Made by a program: the position numbers and the translations under genes. From the NCBI RefSeq assembly GCF_006345805.1, contig NC_042999.1, positions 112,034,001-112,098,000 on the forward strand: 64,000 nt of DNA, in the 5' to 3' direction. Origin of the DNA: Octopus sinensis. Lineage: Eukaryota. Each line of letters begins with the position of its first letter. Positions within the stretch are counted from its first letter, which is position 1. The notes below the pieces were generated by a model. The model did not search any database. It worked only from the letters and a program-made list of their open reading frames with translations, and was not told the origin of the DNA. Below, piece by piece: positions 1-12,697 of the stretch.

Positions 1-903
1 CAAAAAAAAGTGGCGTAGGTTTTCGATCAAAAGGGATCGTAAAAGGGGAAAAAGGAAAAAAAAGGAAAAAAGGAAAAGAAAAAGAAAAAAGGAAGAAAAA
101 AGAGGAAAAAAGGGGGAGAGGGAAAAAACGATCAATAGGGATCGTGTTTCACAGTGTCATGATGTACGATGTAAAGGGGAAAGCAGATAAGGTTTATCCG
201 TGGGAAGAAAAGCCTACGAAAAAGACCACGGTAGCTTCGGTCAATAATGTTATATGTAACCCTCTATTTTCAATTTCTGGGTTTATAGGATTATGCTCAA
301 GGTGGTTTCGTCATTCATACGTGCCATCCTTGCTACATTCACCCATCTTTTTTTAAAACATTCGCTAGACAAAACTTGCCTCTCTACTCTCACTTTCCTT
401 TTCAAGTGGTACTTGAAGAAGTTGATGAGAGATTGACCAGAGAGGAAAGTGTTTGTCTCCAATCCTTTCAGACGCGTCCACCAGATACATTCCTTCGCCA
501 CAGCCACAAGGATGATGAAAATAGCTCTTCCTTCCCGTTTGAAGGAAGGAGGCGTGACAAATTTGACGATAGACTCAGCTGATAAACCGACTCGTCCCAC
601 ACGTGACAGCAGTTGTTCGACATAAGCCCACAGGTCGGAAATTGTTGGACACTGCATGAGTGCGTGCAGAACGGTTTCGTCGCTCTGTCCGCATCTCGGG
701 CAGGTCGGCCCCGTGTTTCTCGTGCCGTGTCTGTAGAGCTTATCCCGAACGGGTAGCGCTTCTCGGTAGCACTGCCAGGCCAGGGATCTCTGGAAGTTGT
801 CCATGGGCCCTGGCCCGAAAGTTGTCCCGAACAGGCGGGTCAGGTATTCCTCGTCGACGTCCAGGTTCGCCCCGAGCTCGTCATCGTACCTCCCCTCCAC
901 TAA
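1..903 (-). mobile_element. 5'-truncated Tx1/L1-clade LINE: ORF2 C-terminus (zf-RVT CCHC region, 283-903) plus 3'UTR running off the window edge
   Basis: The minus-strand frame is open 903->283 with CPRCGQSDETVLHALMQC and KECIWWTRLK, typical of L1/Tx1 ORF2 C-termini. The ORF-track N-terminus (YLSI repeats) is microsatellite. Confidence 0.85.
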
Positions 904-909
904 GATAGT

Positions 910-1006
<97 letters not shown>

Positions 1007-1018
1007 TGATAGATATAC
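904..1018. repeat. (AGAT)n microsatellite
   Basis: Near-perfect tetranucleotide array seen directly. Confidence 0.97.
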
Positions 1019-1529
1019 AAGGTATTAAAGAGATCATTAGCAACACAGGCTTAGCAAGCCAAAAAGCCCTTTGAAAGTCACGTTACATAGAAATAAGTTA
1101 CCGACTGGATTGCGTATATATTATTTCTATGTAAATGAACTATATTTTTAATGCCTTCCCTTTTTAACGAATTAATTGCATTGAACTTGATATTTCTCGT
1201 TTCTATTAAGCATTCTCTCCACTTCATTTCCACATTTTGCAAGATAGAATAATTCTTGATGCCAGTGCGAAGTATTTATTAAAAGAAAAGTGTATAACTG
1301 CTTCCTTTTGCATATTCTTTATTACGTGCCTCTCCTAGTTCGGACGATCATATTATCATCTTTTTTCCTTTCTTTTTTTTTCTTTTTGGAAGCCGGTGGT
1401 AACAGTATATTGGATATTTCTGGGAAGTAAGGGTACCTTTTTGTTTTTGTATTTTTCGTTTTGTTTTGTTGTTTTTTTTTTCTTTTTTGCACCGTACCGA
1501 CTCTTTGTATTGTCTGTAATTAACCTTAC

Positions 1530-1541
1530 TGGTGTAGCCAT
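1530..1541 (-). CDS. Possible first coding exon (MATP) of a gene leaving the window to the left
   Basis: The minus strand reads ACG ATG GCT ACA CCA|GTAAGG in a CpG-retaining, repeat-poor stretch. Only an ATG and a donor motif support it. Confidence 0.2.
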
Positions 1542-2606
1542 CGTAATACGTTGATGTTTATTTGTTGTCCGGGGACTAGGTATTGATAGTAAACACTTTA
1601 TTTCCAAGTGACGTGGTTTTGTCTTAAAGTATCTCTCCCCTTTAGCTATGCTACACTTACACGACACAGTTAATATTCCTTTTGAAAAGCAGACGATTTC
1701 TGCGCGTTTACAGCTCCAACAAAAACATGGACGGGGATCGAACAGTTCAAGCGGCGAGTTTCATTCAGGACCGGCAATGGTGACACAGTATGATTATGCT
1801 ACCAAGATTTCAAGTAGTTTCACTCCATAAGTATTTGTTGAATTAACAATTTAGCGAAGATGCATATCATCAACCAAAAATGAATCTTGGAACTTTCAAT
1901 CCACTAGGAGACTTTCTCTGGGGGGGGGGGGGGTATGTGTGTGTGCTGTACTCTTCCGTGATGGTAAGATCAAGATGGAAAGTACTCCATCGAGTGACAG
2001 ATAAATGTTATTTAATAAATGCAATATATGTTTTTATGTGCTACAATTAGCTTCATGCGCTGAGAACATGCCAAAGAATATTTTTAACACGTCTGCTGTC
2101 CTAGGAAATCATCAGGCACTACCAACATGGCCACGCTCATTAGGCAATCATAGGCAGATATGCACAAACACGTGCACATAAGTGTAGCACAACACACACA
2201 TACACGTGTGTGTATACCAATTCCAGGGACGTTTTCTTCATCTCGTTATATAATGTGGTTCAGATTCTACACTTCAGTCTATCCTCCAATCTGATGATTG
2301 GGGCCATATTGCGTAGACTATAGAACTGATTACTGGGCTCTTAACACAATGGTAACGAATCGTGCATGCTTACATATCCTTAATTACACACATACGTTCA
2401 CACACAAACAGACACACACACAAACACAAACACACGTACGCACGCGCGCGAGCACTCCTTTCATTTCTGCTTATATTTGGGACTTCAGAATACTTCATAT
2501 TAACTTTAGTATTCTGATGTCATTAATCACACGTGGGCCAAGCTGAATTTACTTCCTTTTTAATATAAACGATACATATAAAGCAAACCAAGCATTATAC
2601 AGTATA

Positions 2607-2810
2607 CGAGGTTCGTTTCAGAAGTTTTCCGACTTTTTCGGGAGAGACATTTATTAATTTCAAAAATGTACAAAACATTCATCTCCTTCAAAGTAAGATC
2701 TTCTGATTTGAACTTACTTGTTGCAGCGCTCCACTCACTTCGTGTTAGCCTGTAGAAGTCGCCCACAGTGAAGGGCTTTTCTTTTAAATAGTTGAATCAA
2801 CCACGTTTCG
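2607..2810 (-). mobile_element. mariner 3' remnant (TIR plus transposase C-terminus)
   Basis: TA followed by CGAGGTTCGTTTCAGAAG (TIR-like). The minus strand gives VERCNK*VQIRRSYFEGDE, resembling the mariner end RW.KC....G.YFE. Confidence 0.6.
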
Positions 2811-4999
2811 TACATATTTTACCGATCTCTGTCAAATTGCTAAATTGCTACATAGAGTCAAAACACCTGTAAATATAAACTTACTCTCAACATGGATACA
2901 AACATACTCGCGTATCAGTATATCTTTGCATGCCTAAGTTAGTTGTGTGTGTGTGTGTGTGTGTTTGTGTGTGTATGTGTGTGTGTGTCTGCACGCGCGT
3001 ATGTACATGTGTGCATGCATATTTATGTGTGTATGTACAATGCGCTTCTGCCTAGTTTTTATCAACCAAATTCCACTCACATTAGTTAGGTTAAAGTTAC
3101 TGCAGGAGACATTTGTGCAAGTGGCCGTGCCGTGAAGTCAAATGTGAAACAAGCGGTTACGTTGTAAATTTTTTAATCACACTAAGTTGCATACTGCCGT
3201 TGGCTTACAAGAGCTGCTATAAAAGGAATAGAATTTTTCACATTCTTAATGGATAGTAATACATAATCCAAACCAAGCAACGTAATTTTTTTCAGATCAA
3301 GTTTTCATAATTTATTTAAATCTAACTTCCAAGATTTTCTTACCTTCAACAAATTTTTGAGGGTTGATTATTTTGCGTCAGTTTGTTGTATGGATGGGAG
3401 ATATCTTCAGCGAGATAACACGCTACTCCGCGTCTCACGTGATACTCACAGAGGATTTGATGTTCTATTCCGAACAAATAGGATCTCTGATTTGTGAGAG
3501 ATTCAGTACACTATCCAAATTCAAGCAAAATGAATGCAGTCTTCATTAAAGTTGCTTCAACATAATATCTCTTTAGAAATAGCAGGGGAAAACCCATGCA
3601 TGTATCGTTTTTTTTTAAATGGAATATTGAATAATGTAGTCCAAGGCTAACCATTATCTTCTCCTTCATCTCAGAAATAAAAACGTGATGATTTAGCTTG
3701 GAAGTCCTCTAGTGAAAGGTCTGACCGATCAGGGTATATATAGGGCTAAACAAAAAGCATAACAACCGCAGTGGATCTGAAACTAAAACCCTTGAATTGC
3801 AAATCTTATAATACGCGCAACTTAAATATTCTGTATTCTTTCAATACAAATGGTAGAATTTGAAAGTGAATCAATAATCTAGTATTTTAACCATTTAGTT
3901 AAATTATTGTATTATCTCACCCAGTCTATATAATTGTGTGTGTGTGTGTGTCTGTGTCTGTGTATGTGTGTTTGGATAGGAATATATGTGTTCGTTTTGA
4001 AATTTATAGTAATTTTATAATATAACTTTCATCAAATCTAGTTTATCTTTATTTAAGATAGCTTACCTAAGAACACAGCTCCAAATAATCAATCTATCAT
4101 GGATTGTATTTAATTTAAGAGTTTTTAAAAAATTATATACATTTTCTTTTAGAAAAAGAAAAATTTCCATCACTTTTTTATCGCAATAAAAAATATATAA
4201 AATATATAATTATCTTATACTTTCTAATTTAAGGTGAATAATTATTCTTGATGGAATTTCTAGTGAACGTAGAAAAAAAAAGTTAGACTAATAGTTATAG
4301 AAGCATGCAAACTTTATGAGAAAGTGAATTTCCAACATCTCAAGAAATATAGACAAATTAAGAGAAATGTGGTGTAGGTTTTTTTGGCTACTGAATATTT
4401 TAAAGTTTCAGATTAGATAAAATATATATATATAGTTTGATCAATAAAACACTTGAAATACACTTGAACTTCATATAATCAAGCCTTAGAGGGTACGAAA
4501 TGAGGTAAAAGAAGAAATGTTTGCAGTTTCAAACCGCAGGAAAGTACACTGAAAATATATGTAATAGGTATCGACACAGGAAAATTTGCTATGTATGCTT
4601 TCTCTGAGCTGAAATTCGGTTTAATATTATTGATTTAGTGAAACAAAAATAAGTCTATTATTATTTGAGAAGAAAGGTGATGACAATTCTTCTCGACGAT
4701 GGTAGGGGAGGTAATTCTGTAATTAAAGTAGGCATGGAGTGGGAAATTAGGTTTATCTTTTGTAAGTTCAATAAAACTTCTGGTGTTTTGTTCTTATAAG
4801 ATCTTTCCAGTGAAGTATAATCTAACACATCATGTATCTAAATCTTAGAACTGAGCGGATTTAGTTTTGTGTAAAACAAAAAAAAAACTGGAAGAAAGGA
4901 AGCTGATACGGTAACTCATGAATAACCTCAATTCTCACAAGAATATTCATAAGTAGAATAAAATAACAAATTTTCTTCTTCTCCGGTATATTAACGTCA

Positions 5000-5235
5000 C
5001 GCATTTGAACATATTTCCTCTACCAGCATATGTGATGTACTCCTCGTCGTTGTTTTTCTCTATGTTCAGACACTTCCAATGGGTGTTGAACAATGAGCTT
5101 TTTTCAGTGAAAAATTTACGCAATATATCTACTGTGTCATTCAAGTTTATGTCCATTCTTTTGAACGTCCGTGCAGGAAAAGAAAGATAGTCACGCGAGG
5201 AAAACAAAAATGGACGATGGTCACGTGTGAGCAAG
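5000..5235 (-). mobile_element. Ty3/Gypsy gag fragment, same family as 42183-44240
   Basis: DILRKFFTEKSSLFNTHWKCLNIEKNNDEEYITYAGR aligns with the gag segment near 42540-42660 (SEKSSLFNTRWKCLNLEKNNEED..YAGRVN). Confidence 0.7.
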
Positions 5236-5819
5236 GAGAGAGAAAAAAAGAGGGGTATGTATATATATATATATATATATATGAGTGTGTGTGTGTGTGT
5301 GTGTGGATGGATGGATGGATGAAAGTGAAAGAGTGCTTACTTGCGATTATAGCTATGCTGACTTAACTAGAGGCTTTGTTCGAAACAACAACAATAACAA
5401 CAATCTATTAACAATATTCTTTACATTGCATAACTACAGCAGTTTCTAAACTATGATCACTTAACCGTCTCATGCTCTTCATTGATATTGGAATATAATA
5501 TTGGAATGACAAGTTGTCTCCTAACGGCACAGTAGTGGCTATAATAAAATGAAGAAAATGAAATGCCGTCTATGTGATTTCGTTTCTGCAAGGTCGTGCG
5601 ACAATAAACAATCTGTCTTATTCGTTCGTGCGTTTCTCTATGTTTACATAAAGTGGCCATAGTTTAAAATATTCGATCTTCTCGCAACACAGAATGGAAA
5701 TTATGAGAATAAGTATCTCACTGTTTTAAATCGTAGTGATGGGTGGTCACAGCTGGAACACGTTTGATTATTGATCTGCTGAACTACGGCTAAACAACAA
5801 CTGCTGCTGCCTCGAGCGT

Positions 5820-6415
5820 CCATCATTGACAAAACCAAACAAAGTCGAAATCACATAATCTGGTAGTCTCAGCGCTGAAGATAGCGGGGATTTATCTTCT
5901 CGCTAGTGATATAAACAAAAGTGCATTTTGTACGAAAAAAGCCAATATGGGAGTTTATTTCATGGTAACTATCGCAGTATAGTTTGTTCAAACAGAACAT
6001 CCACGTTCAAGTGGGGATAGATATTGCCTTTCGATATTGATACTGACTTTGTCGCTATTTTTTAACAAGCTAACTGGCTAATCACGACACCAGCACCTGT
6101 TCTGACACCGTCAAACTATATGTCGCTGGCGGGGAGATGAGTCGCTACTACTTCTAGCGGTCGGGTATCCATAATTGACAAAAAAAACAAACAAGGTCGA
6201 AATCATGTGATCTGGCGGTCTCGGCGCTGGCGGTCTCGGCGCTGGCGGTCTCGGCGCTGGTGGTCTCGGCGCTGGAGGTAAGGGGAGTTTATCTCCCCGC
6301 TAGCGATATAAACAAGAGTGCATTTTGCACAAGAAGGCTAATATGAGAGTTTCTCTCGCAGTAACTAAGAGATAGATATTACCTGTCGGTATTAGTACTG
6401 CCTCTTTTGCAAATA
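5820..6415. repeat. Two diverged tandem copies of an unclassified ~240-bp element (5820-6060, 6170-6415); copy 2 has a 4x15-bp GC-rich minisatellite
   Basis: Both copies share ATTGACAAAA..AAACAA.GTCGAAATCA..TCTGG..GTCTC.GCGCTG..GCTAG.GATATAAACAA.AGTGCATTTTG. The unit GGCGGTCTCGGCGCT occurs x4 at 6214-6273. Confidence 0.8.
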
Positions 6416-7149
6416 TATATCTTTTAATTATATTATTTACATTGCTTCACCGCGACAATTTCTAAACTGTGGCCAGCTCTACTTTCTCATAGATACCATT
6501 TATACTGAAATGACAGTTTGTCATCCCACAGCAGAATAATGCCTGGACTAAAAACGGAGAAATTGAAATGCTGTGTATCAATAAGAAGAATACTTGAAAT
6601 GAAATGCAAATAAAGCAAAAATTGATTCTGAAAGGTTCCAGCATATATTTGGAAAAATATACAAAAACAAATGTAATTTTTCAGCCCAAGGTTAATCTCG
6701 ATTCTACAGTCCTATAATCAAAGGCATTCCAAACGTGACTACTTCATCTTTTCCATATTTTTCCTTTACATTTTTTTTCTGACATATTTACTTTCTAGAA
6801 CTACATTTGTTTATCTAAAAGGAATATTTGGACTGAAAACCTGTTCCAGTGAGAGATCGCGCAATGTGTAAGAACAAAACCATATAACAAAGGTGTTGTT
6901 TTAACGCAAGTACACCATTACTTAAAGCTCAACTCAGTTTTGCGAGATATATGTATATGCACAGTTGTGGGAGCAGGCCTCTATATATATATGTATGTTA
7001 GTTCCTCCATGCATCCTGGATTCTTCTAGCATCAATTGATCACTATATTTCAAAACTGAACTTAGCATCAATTGTAAAGTTTTTCCTGAAATCCATAAAA
7101 GTCTATCGAATACCATTTGTGCAAAAATCAAGTTAAAAAATACATAAAC

Positions 7150-7198
7150 CTAAATATATAAATATATATACACATATATATATATATATTAGTATTTG

Positions 7199-7277
<79 letters not shown>

Positions 7278-8175
7278 TGTATGTATGTATTTACGCACAC
7301 ATATATATATATATAAGAGAGAGAGAGAGAGGTGCTTGCCTGTATAGATATTATTGATAAAAATACATAAATATGAGTGCATGTTTATATTTATGCATAT
7401 ACGTAAGAACATGTGCATATCTATATAGGTAGGTGTGTGTGTGTGTGTTTATGTAGATAAGTGAATGAGTGTGTACGTAGGTGTGTGTATGTAAGTGCAC
7501 ATATATTAGAGTATCTATGATTGTGCATGCATATACATATATGTATTTGCTTCTTTGTGTATGTTAGTTAACGTGTGCTCATATTTGTCCGTGAAGATAC
7601 AAGCAGATGCATGTGCATGTGTGTATGAACCACAAACACACACACAAAAAGAAAATTATAGAATCAATACTATGCACTAGAAGACATGTAACAAATACAT
7701 AAACTTCCCAAACAATACACATAAACAACAAATAAAAACAAAAACAAAACTACATTCAAAAAAGTAAAAAAAAAATATCATTATCAAAGAATAACATTTT
7801 CATACCAAACACTAAATGAATAGAAACCTGAAAATAAATTTTCATTTGGTGAAAACAAAAGTGAGAGCTAAAGAACTGAGAGAGGAAGTGAAGCAAGGAA
7901 CCGGTATAAGAGGAAATACACATTCTAAAATTAATTTTACTGGGATCCATTGTTTCGTAAGGAATTTATTCGAGTGATATACATTAACAGGTATCTCTGT
8001 GAAAGTGTTTGGATGTGTGGAGGAAGGGTTATGTGCAAACATACGTTAGGATTTACTGAGTGATGTAAAGAGCGGGTAAAAAAAAATTTGACACACAGGT
8101 ACGTGTGTGTGAATGTTTGTGTGTATGTTTATATATATGTATATATATCTATATACATGTATACATACACACATA

Positions 8176-8247
<72 letters not shown>

Positions 8248-8416
8248 GTGTGTATGTATGTATGTATGTATGTATACATATATATGTACTTATACATATT
8301 TCTATACATATATATTATACATGCAGAAATATGTAAAATTTTTATATTTATGTATATAAGTACATATATATATATCTATTTATCTATCTATCTCTTTATA
8401 TATATATGTATATATT

Positions 8417-8484
<68 letters not shown>

Positions 8485-8588
8485 TCGACGTCTTTTTGGT
8501 GTCCTGTACACATATATGCGTGTATATGTACATGTAGAGGTAGGTACGTACATATATGTTTATATATATGCATATGTTTTATTTTATT

Positions 8589-8649
<61 letters not shown>

Positions 8650-8700
8650 ATATACATGTATACATACACACATACACACACACACACACACATATAAATA
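7150..8700. repeat. Compound (TA)n/(CA)n/(GA)n/(TATG)n microsatellite blocks (7150-7330, 8100-8700)
   Basis: Seen directly. Confidence 0.9.
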
Positions 8701-8860
8701 TATATGTTTATTCTTAAACAAAAATATTGTAGACAGTGACTTCGAAGTTTTGGCCAGTTAAACCATCGTCGAAACTTGTACTGTCCAAAAGTATATTAAT
8801 CTAAAATTGTTTTCATTATAACTGAACATAAAAACAAATCTTAACATAAATACACACACA

Positions 8861-9001
8861 CGCAGGAGTGGTTGTGTGGTAAGTAGCTTGCTTACCAATC
8901 ACATAGTTCCGGGCAAATGTCTTCTGCTATAGCCTCGGGCCGACCAATGCCTTGTGAGTGGATTTGGTAGACGGAAACTGAAAGAAGCCTGTCGTATATA
9001 T

Positions 9002-9034
<33 letters not shown>

Positions 9035-9045
9035 TATATATGTTT

Positions 9046-9083
<38 letters not shown>

Positions 9084-9272
9084 TTGTGTGTCTGTGTCTT
9101 GACAACCGATGCTGGTGTGTTTACGTCCTCGTCACTTAGCGGTTCGGCAAAAGTGACCGATAGAATAAGTACTGGGCTTACAAAGAATAAGTCCCGGGGT
9201 TGATTTGCTCGACTAAAGGCGGTGCTCCAACATGGCCGCAGTCAAATGACTGAAACAAGTAAAAAGAGAAAA
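8861..9272 (+). mobile_element. tRNA-headed SINE family A with internal TA/TG microsatellite
   Basis: Head GGAGTGGTTGTGTGGTAAG, body GCCTCGGGCCGACCAA.GCCTTGTGAGTGGATTTGG, 3' end AAATGACTGAAACAAGTAAAA. Several copies occur in the window. Confidence 0.85.
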
Positions 9273-9293
9273 AAGACACGCACACGCATATAT

Positions 9294-9570
9294 GCATCGT
9301 GGCACTCCGTCGGTTACGACGACGAGGGTTCCAGTTGATCCGATAAACGGAACAGCCTGCTCGTGAAATTAACGTGCAAGTGGCTGAGCACTCCACAGAC
9401 ACGTGTACCTTTAACGTAGTTCTCAGGGAGATTCAGCGTGACACATATTGAGACAAGGCTGTCCCTTTGAAATATAGGTACAACAGAAACAGGAAGAAAG
9501 AGTGAGAGAAAGTTGTGGTGAAAGGGTACAGCAGGGTTCGCCACCACCTCCTGCCGGAGCCTCGTGGATT
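9294..9570 (-). mobile_element. CpG-rich SINE-like interspersed repeat (family C)
   Basis: GC-rich non-coding block with sharp edges between other repeats. It resembles octopus SINE-type repeats from memory; strand is inferred. Confidence 0.55.
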
Positions 9571-9759
9571 TATAAGTTCACTCCTCTTCTCATTCAACTG
9601 TAAATTTGTTAAACAGAAAGCTGCATAGAAGCCTTTCGTATTGATATATGTCTGTATGCATGTGTGTGTGTATATATGTGTGTACCTGATTGTGCGAGTG
9701 TGTTCTTTGTGTATATGTGTTTGTGAATTCGTGTATAAATGTTCTTTCTTACTCTAGGC

Positions 9760-10200
9760 ACAGAGCCTGAAATTTTGGGGGAGGGAGACAGTCGATTAGA
9801 TCGACTCCAGTACGCAACTGGTTCTTAATTTATCGACAAGGCAAAGTCGACTTAGGCGGAATTTGAACACAAAATGTAAAAACATACGAAATACCTATTT
9901 CTTTATTACCCACAAGGGGCTAAACATAGAAGGGACAAACAAGGACAGACATAGGTATTAAGTCGATTACATCGACCCAGTGTGTAACTGGTACTTAATT
10001 TATCGACCCCGAAAGGATGAGAGGCAAACTCGACCTCGGCGGAATTTGAACCCACAACGTAACGACAGACGAAATACGGCTACGCATTTCGCCCGACGTG
10101 CTAACGTTTCTGCCAGCTCGCCGCCTTAACATACGAAATACCGCTAAGCATTTCACTAATGTTTCTTATTTCTTTATTGCCCACAGGGGGCTAAACAAAG
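9760..10200 (-). mobile_element. Chain of SINE family B copies (one near full length at 9897-10130, plus two partial)
   Basis: Reverse complement of TAAGGCGGCGAGCTGGCAGAAACGTTAGCAC..TTCAAATTCCGCCGAGGTCGA..GTACCAGTT, with CpGs intact. Confidence 0.85.
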
Positions 10201-10409
10201 ACAACATGTTGATGATACTAAAACGATAGTCTTCCTGATTAACCTCAAGTTCTCCCATGCATGCAGATACACGCACGCACACACACATACAAACATGTGC
10301 ATGCACGCACGTACACACACAATCAGATAACACACATATGTACGCATTCATACACACAGACATATATCAATACGAAAGACTTCTATACAGTTTCTGCTGA
10401 ACAAATTTA

Positions 10410-11226
10410 GGATCTTTTTCTCTTGAACGGCACTTTTCAACACAATTTCTAGTTAACTTCGTATACTGGTAGAATGTGTTTATAAAATATCATTTTCTCT
10501 TGGCTTTATTGAGAAAATTCTATAGGTTGTAAGATATTTCGTCTTTAATTTCGAGCATTTCGGCAATTTTAACCAATCGCTGACCTCCATTTAGGTAAAT
10601 AACATTCTGTGCATAATGAATATGTCCCTCCTTTAAGAAACAGATTGGGTTTATTTACATTTGTGAAGAAAAAAGATACCTTTCCCCAACCCCTAACCCT
10701 AACTAACCCTAACTATCCCTAACTTTAACCCTAAATCTAAAATAGATTGAAATGCAATAGATCGATACTAGGGCCATAATTATGGGTGACATTTTCATTT
10801 GACACCGCTAGAAAAAAATCCCATTTTCCGTAGTGGTGTCGTATGAAATTGTCACCCATAATTATAACCCTAGTATCGATCTATTGCATTTCAATCTATT
10901 TTAGATTTAGGGTTAGAGTTAGGGTTAGGGGTGGAGGAAGGGTATCTTTTTTCTTCACAAATGTAAATAAACCCAATCTGTTTCTTAAAGGAGGGATATA
11001 TTCATTATGCACAGAAAGTTAATTACCTAAATGGAGGTCAGCGATTGGTTAAAATTGCCGAAATGCTCGAAATTAAAGACGAAATATGTTACAACATATA
11101 GAATTTTCTCAATAAAGCCAAGAAAAAATGATGTTTTATCAACACATTCTACCAGTATACGAAGTTTAAAAGTGTTTAGTTAACTAGAAATTGTGTTGAA
11201 AAGTGTTGTTCAAAAGGAAAAGATCC
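10410..11226. mobile_element. 817-bp non-autonomous foldback DNA transposon with internal telomeric repeats (possibly Merlin-like)
   Basis: ~395-bp inverted arms with termini GGATC..GATCC. The 8-bp TSD CAAATTTA lies at 10402-10409 and 11227-11234. CCCTAA-type repeats are in the left arm and TTAGGG-type repeats in the right arm. Confidence 0.9.
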
Positions 11227-11889
11227 CAAATTTACTGTTGACTGAGAAGGGGAATGAACTTCTTAATCACAGAGTTCATCCATCGGATGAATCCATAGCG
11301 TTACTTTATATTGACTTTCTTGTAGAATTTTCTCAGCAAGGATATTGGGGTGATTTGTCATTACTTTCCCCAACAGGATGGCCATTGTCCCACAAGGAGC
11401 TCATCCATCCAACGACATGTCCCAGACACCCTCCTTACAAGAGAAGAAATCTGCTCAACCGAGGGAGCCAGTTTAGTTGCCGACCATTTGGCTATAGTAC
11501 AGATAGTACTGATTTATAACAGCAAGTCTCATTAGTTTTTAATGAGATTCCCGAATTTGCCTGAACCATGTACACAAACTGCTTAAATTCGGTACCAAAT
11601 ATTTTTTTTATCTCATAATATTTTTTTATCTTTGATATCGGATATCACCCAAAAGTTTTCTTTTCTTCTGTTTCTTCCATGGTGTATTTATTTTCATTGT
11701 GCATGTCTTCCATTGTTGTTGTTTTGCTTTATATTTCAATACTTTTTTCAGTCAAGTGTTTCATGTTTGATTCAATGTATCTTTATGTTTCTTTGTCTCT
11801 TCCTTACCTAGTTCGATGGATGAATGGATCAATGGATCGATGGGTAGGTAAGCAAGCAAGTGGGTAATTAGGTAGACAAACAGCTTGAC

Positions 11890-11891
11890 AT

Positions 11892-11963
<72 letters not shown>

Positions 11964-11999
11964 TCAGACAGACAGACAGATAGACAGATAGATAGATAG

Positions 12000-12041
<42 letters not shown>

Positions 12042-12075
12042 ACAGACAGACAGTCAGACAGACAGACAGATAGAC

Positions 12076-12108
<33 letters not shown>

Positions 12109-12220
12109 TACATGTGTAAATGTGCGTACATAGATATTTCTCTATGTGTGCATGCATGTATGCAGGTATACATACATATATATATTATCACTATCATTAT
12201 TATTATTATTATTATTATTA

Positions 12221-12257
<37 letters not shown>

Positions 12258-12372
12258 ATGTATATGTATATGTATATATACACACACATATATATACATA
12301 TATATAAACATATATATATATATATATACACATATATGCATATATATATATATACATATATACATATATCAG

Positions 12373-12413
<41 letters not shown>

Positions 12414-12420
12414 GTGGTGA
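11890..12420. repeat. Compound (GATA)/(GACA)/(ATT)/(TA)/(GA) microsatellite
   Basis: Seen directly. Confidence 0.95.
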
Positions 12421-12666
12421 GTGAGTAAGTGACAGAAAAATATTGCTGTTTTTCTGTCTATGTCTTTCTTTAATTGTGCTAACCTGTTTAACACAACACC
12501 ATAAGTCAATAAGCCACTGCTTACAATTTGGTTGTACAATAACATTGTATATTGATAAATTTAGAACCAAAATAATTAATAAGTACTGGAGTTAATGTAA
12601 TCGACTTAAAACTCTTAAAGATTATACTTCAGTATAACCACTGTCCAATGACTAAAACCAGTAGAA

Positions 12667-12697
<31 letters not shown>

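Noticed and set aside
904-1020. N-terminus of the 245-aa ORF
   Set aside because: It is microsatellite read-through. The LINE portion starts near 903 and has no own start codon.
1693-1785. Possible plus-strand exon (DFCAFTAPTKTWTGIEQFKRRVSFRTGNGDT)
   Set aside because: The acceptor is weak, the peptide is unrecognised and no compatible neighbouring exon was found.
5876-5915. CTGAAGA plus hairpin as a possible hammerhead
   Set aside because: No GAAA follows the stem, and the second copy does not keep CUGANGA.
11240-11520. 108-aa ORF, or a faint CRE-like RT resemblance (ADFFSCKEGV) on the minus strand
   Set aside because: Similarity is too short and the expected QGDP motif is missing.
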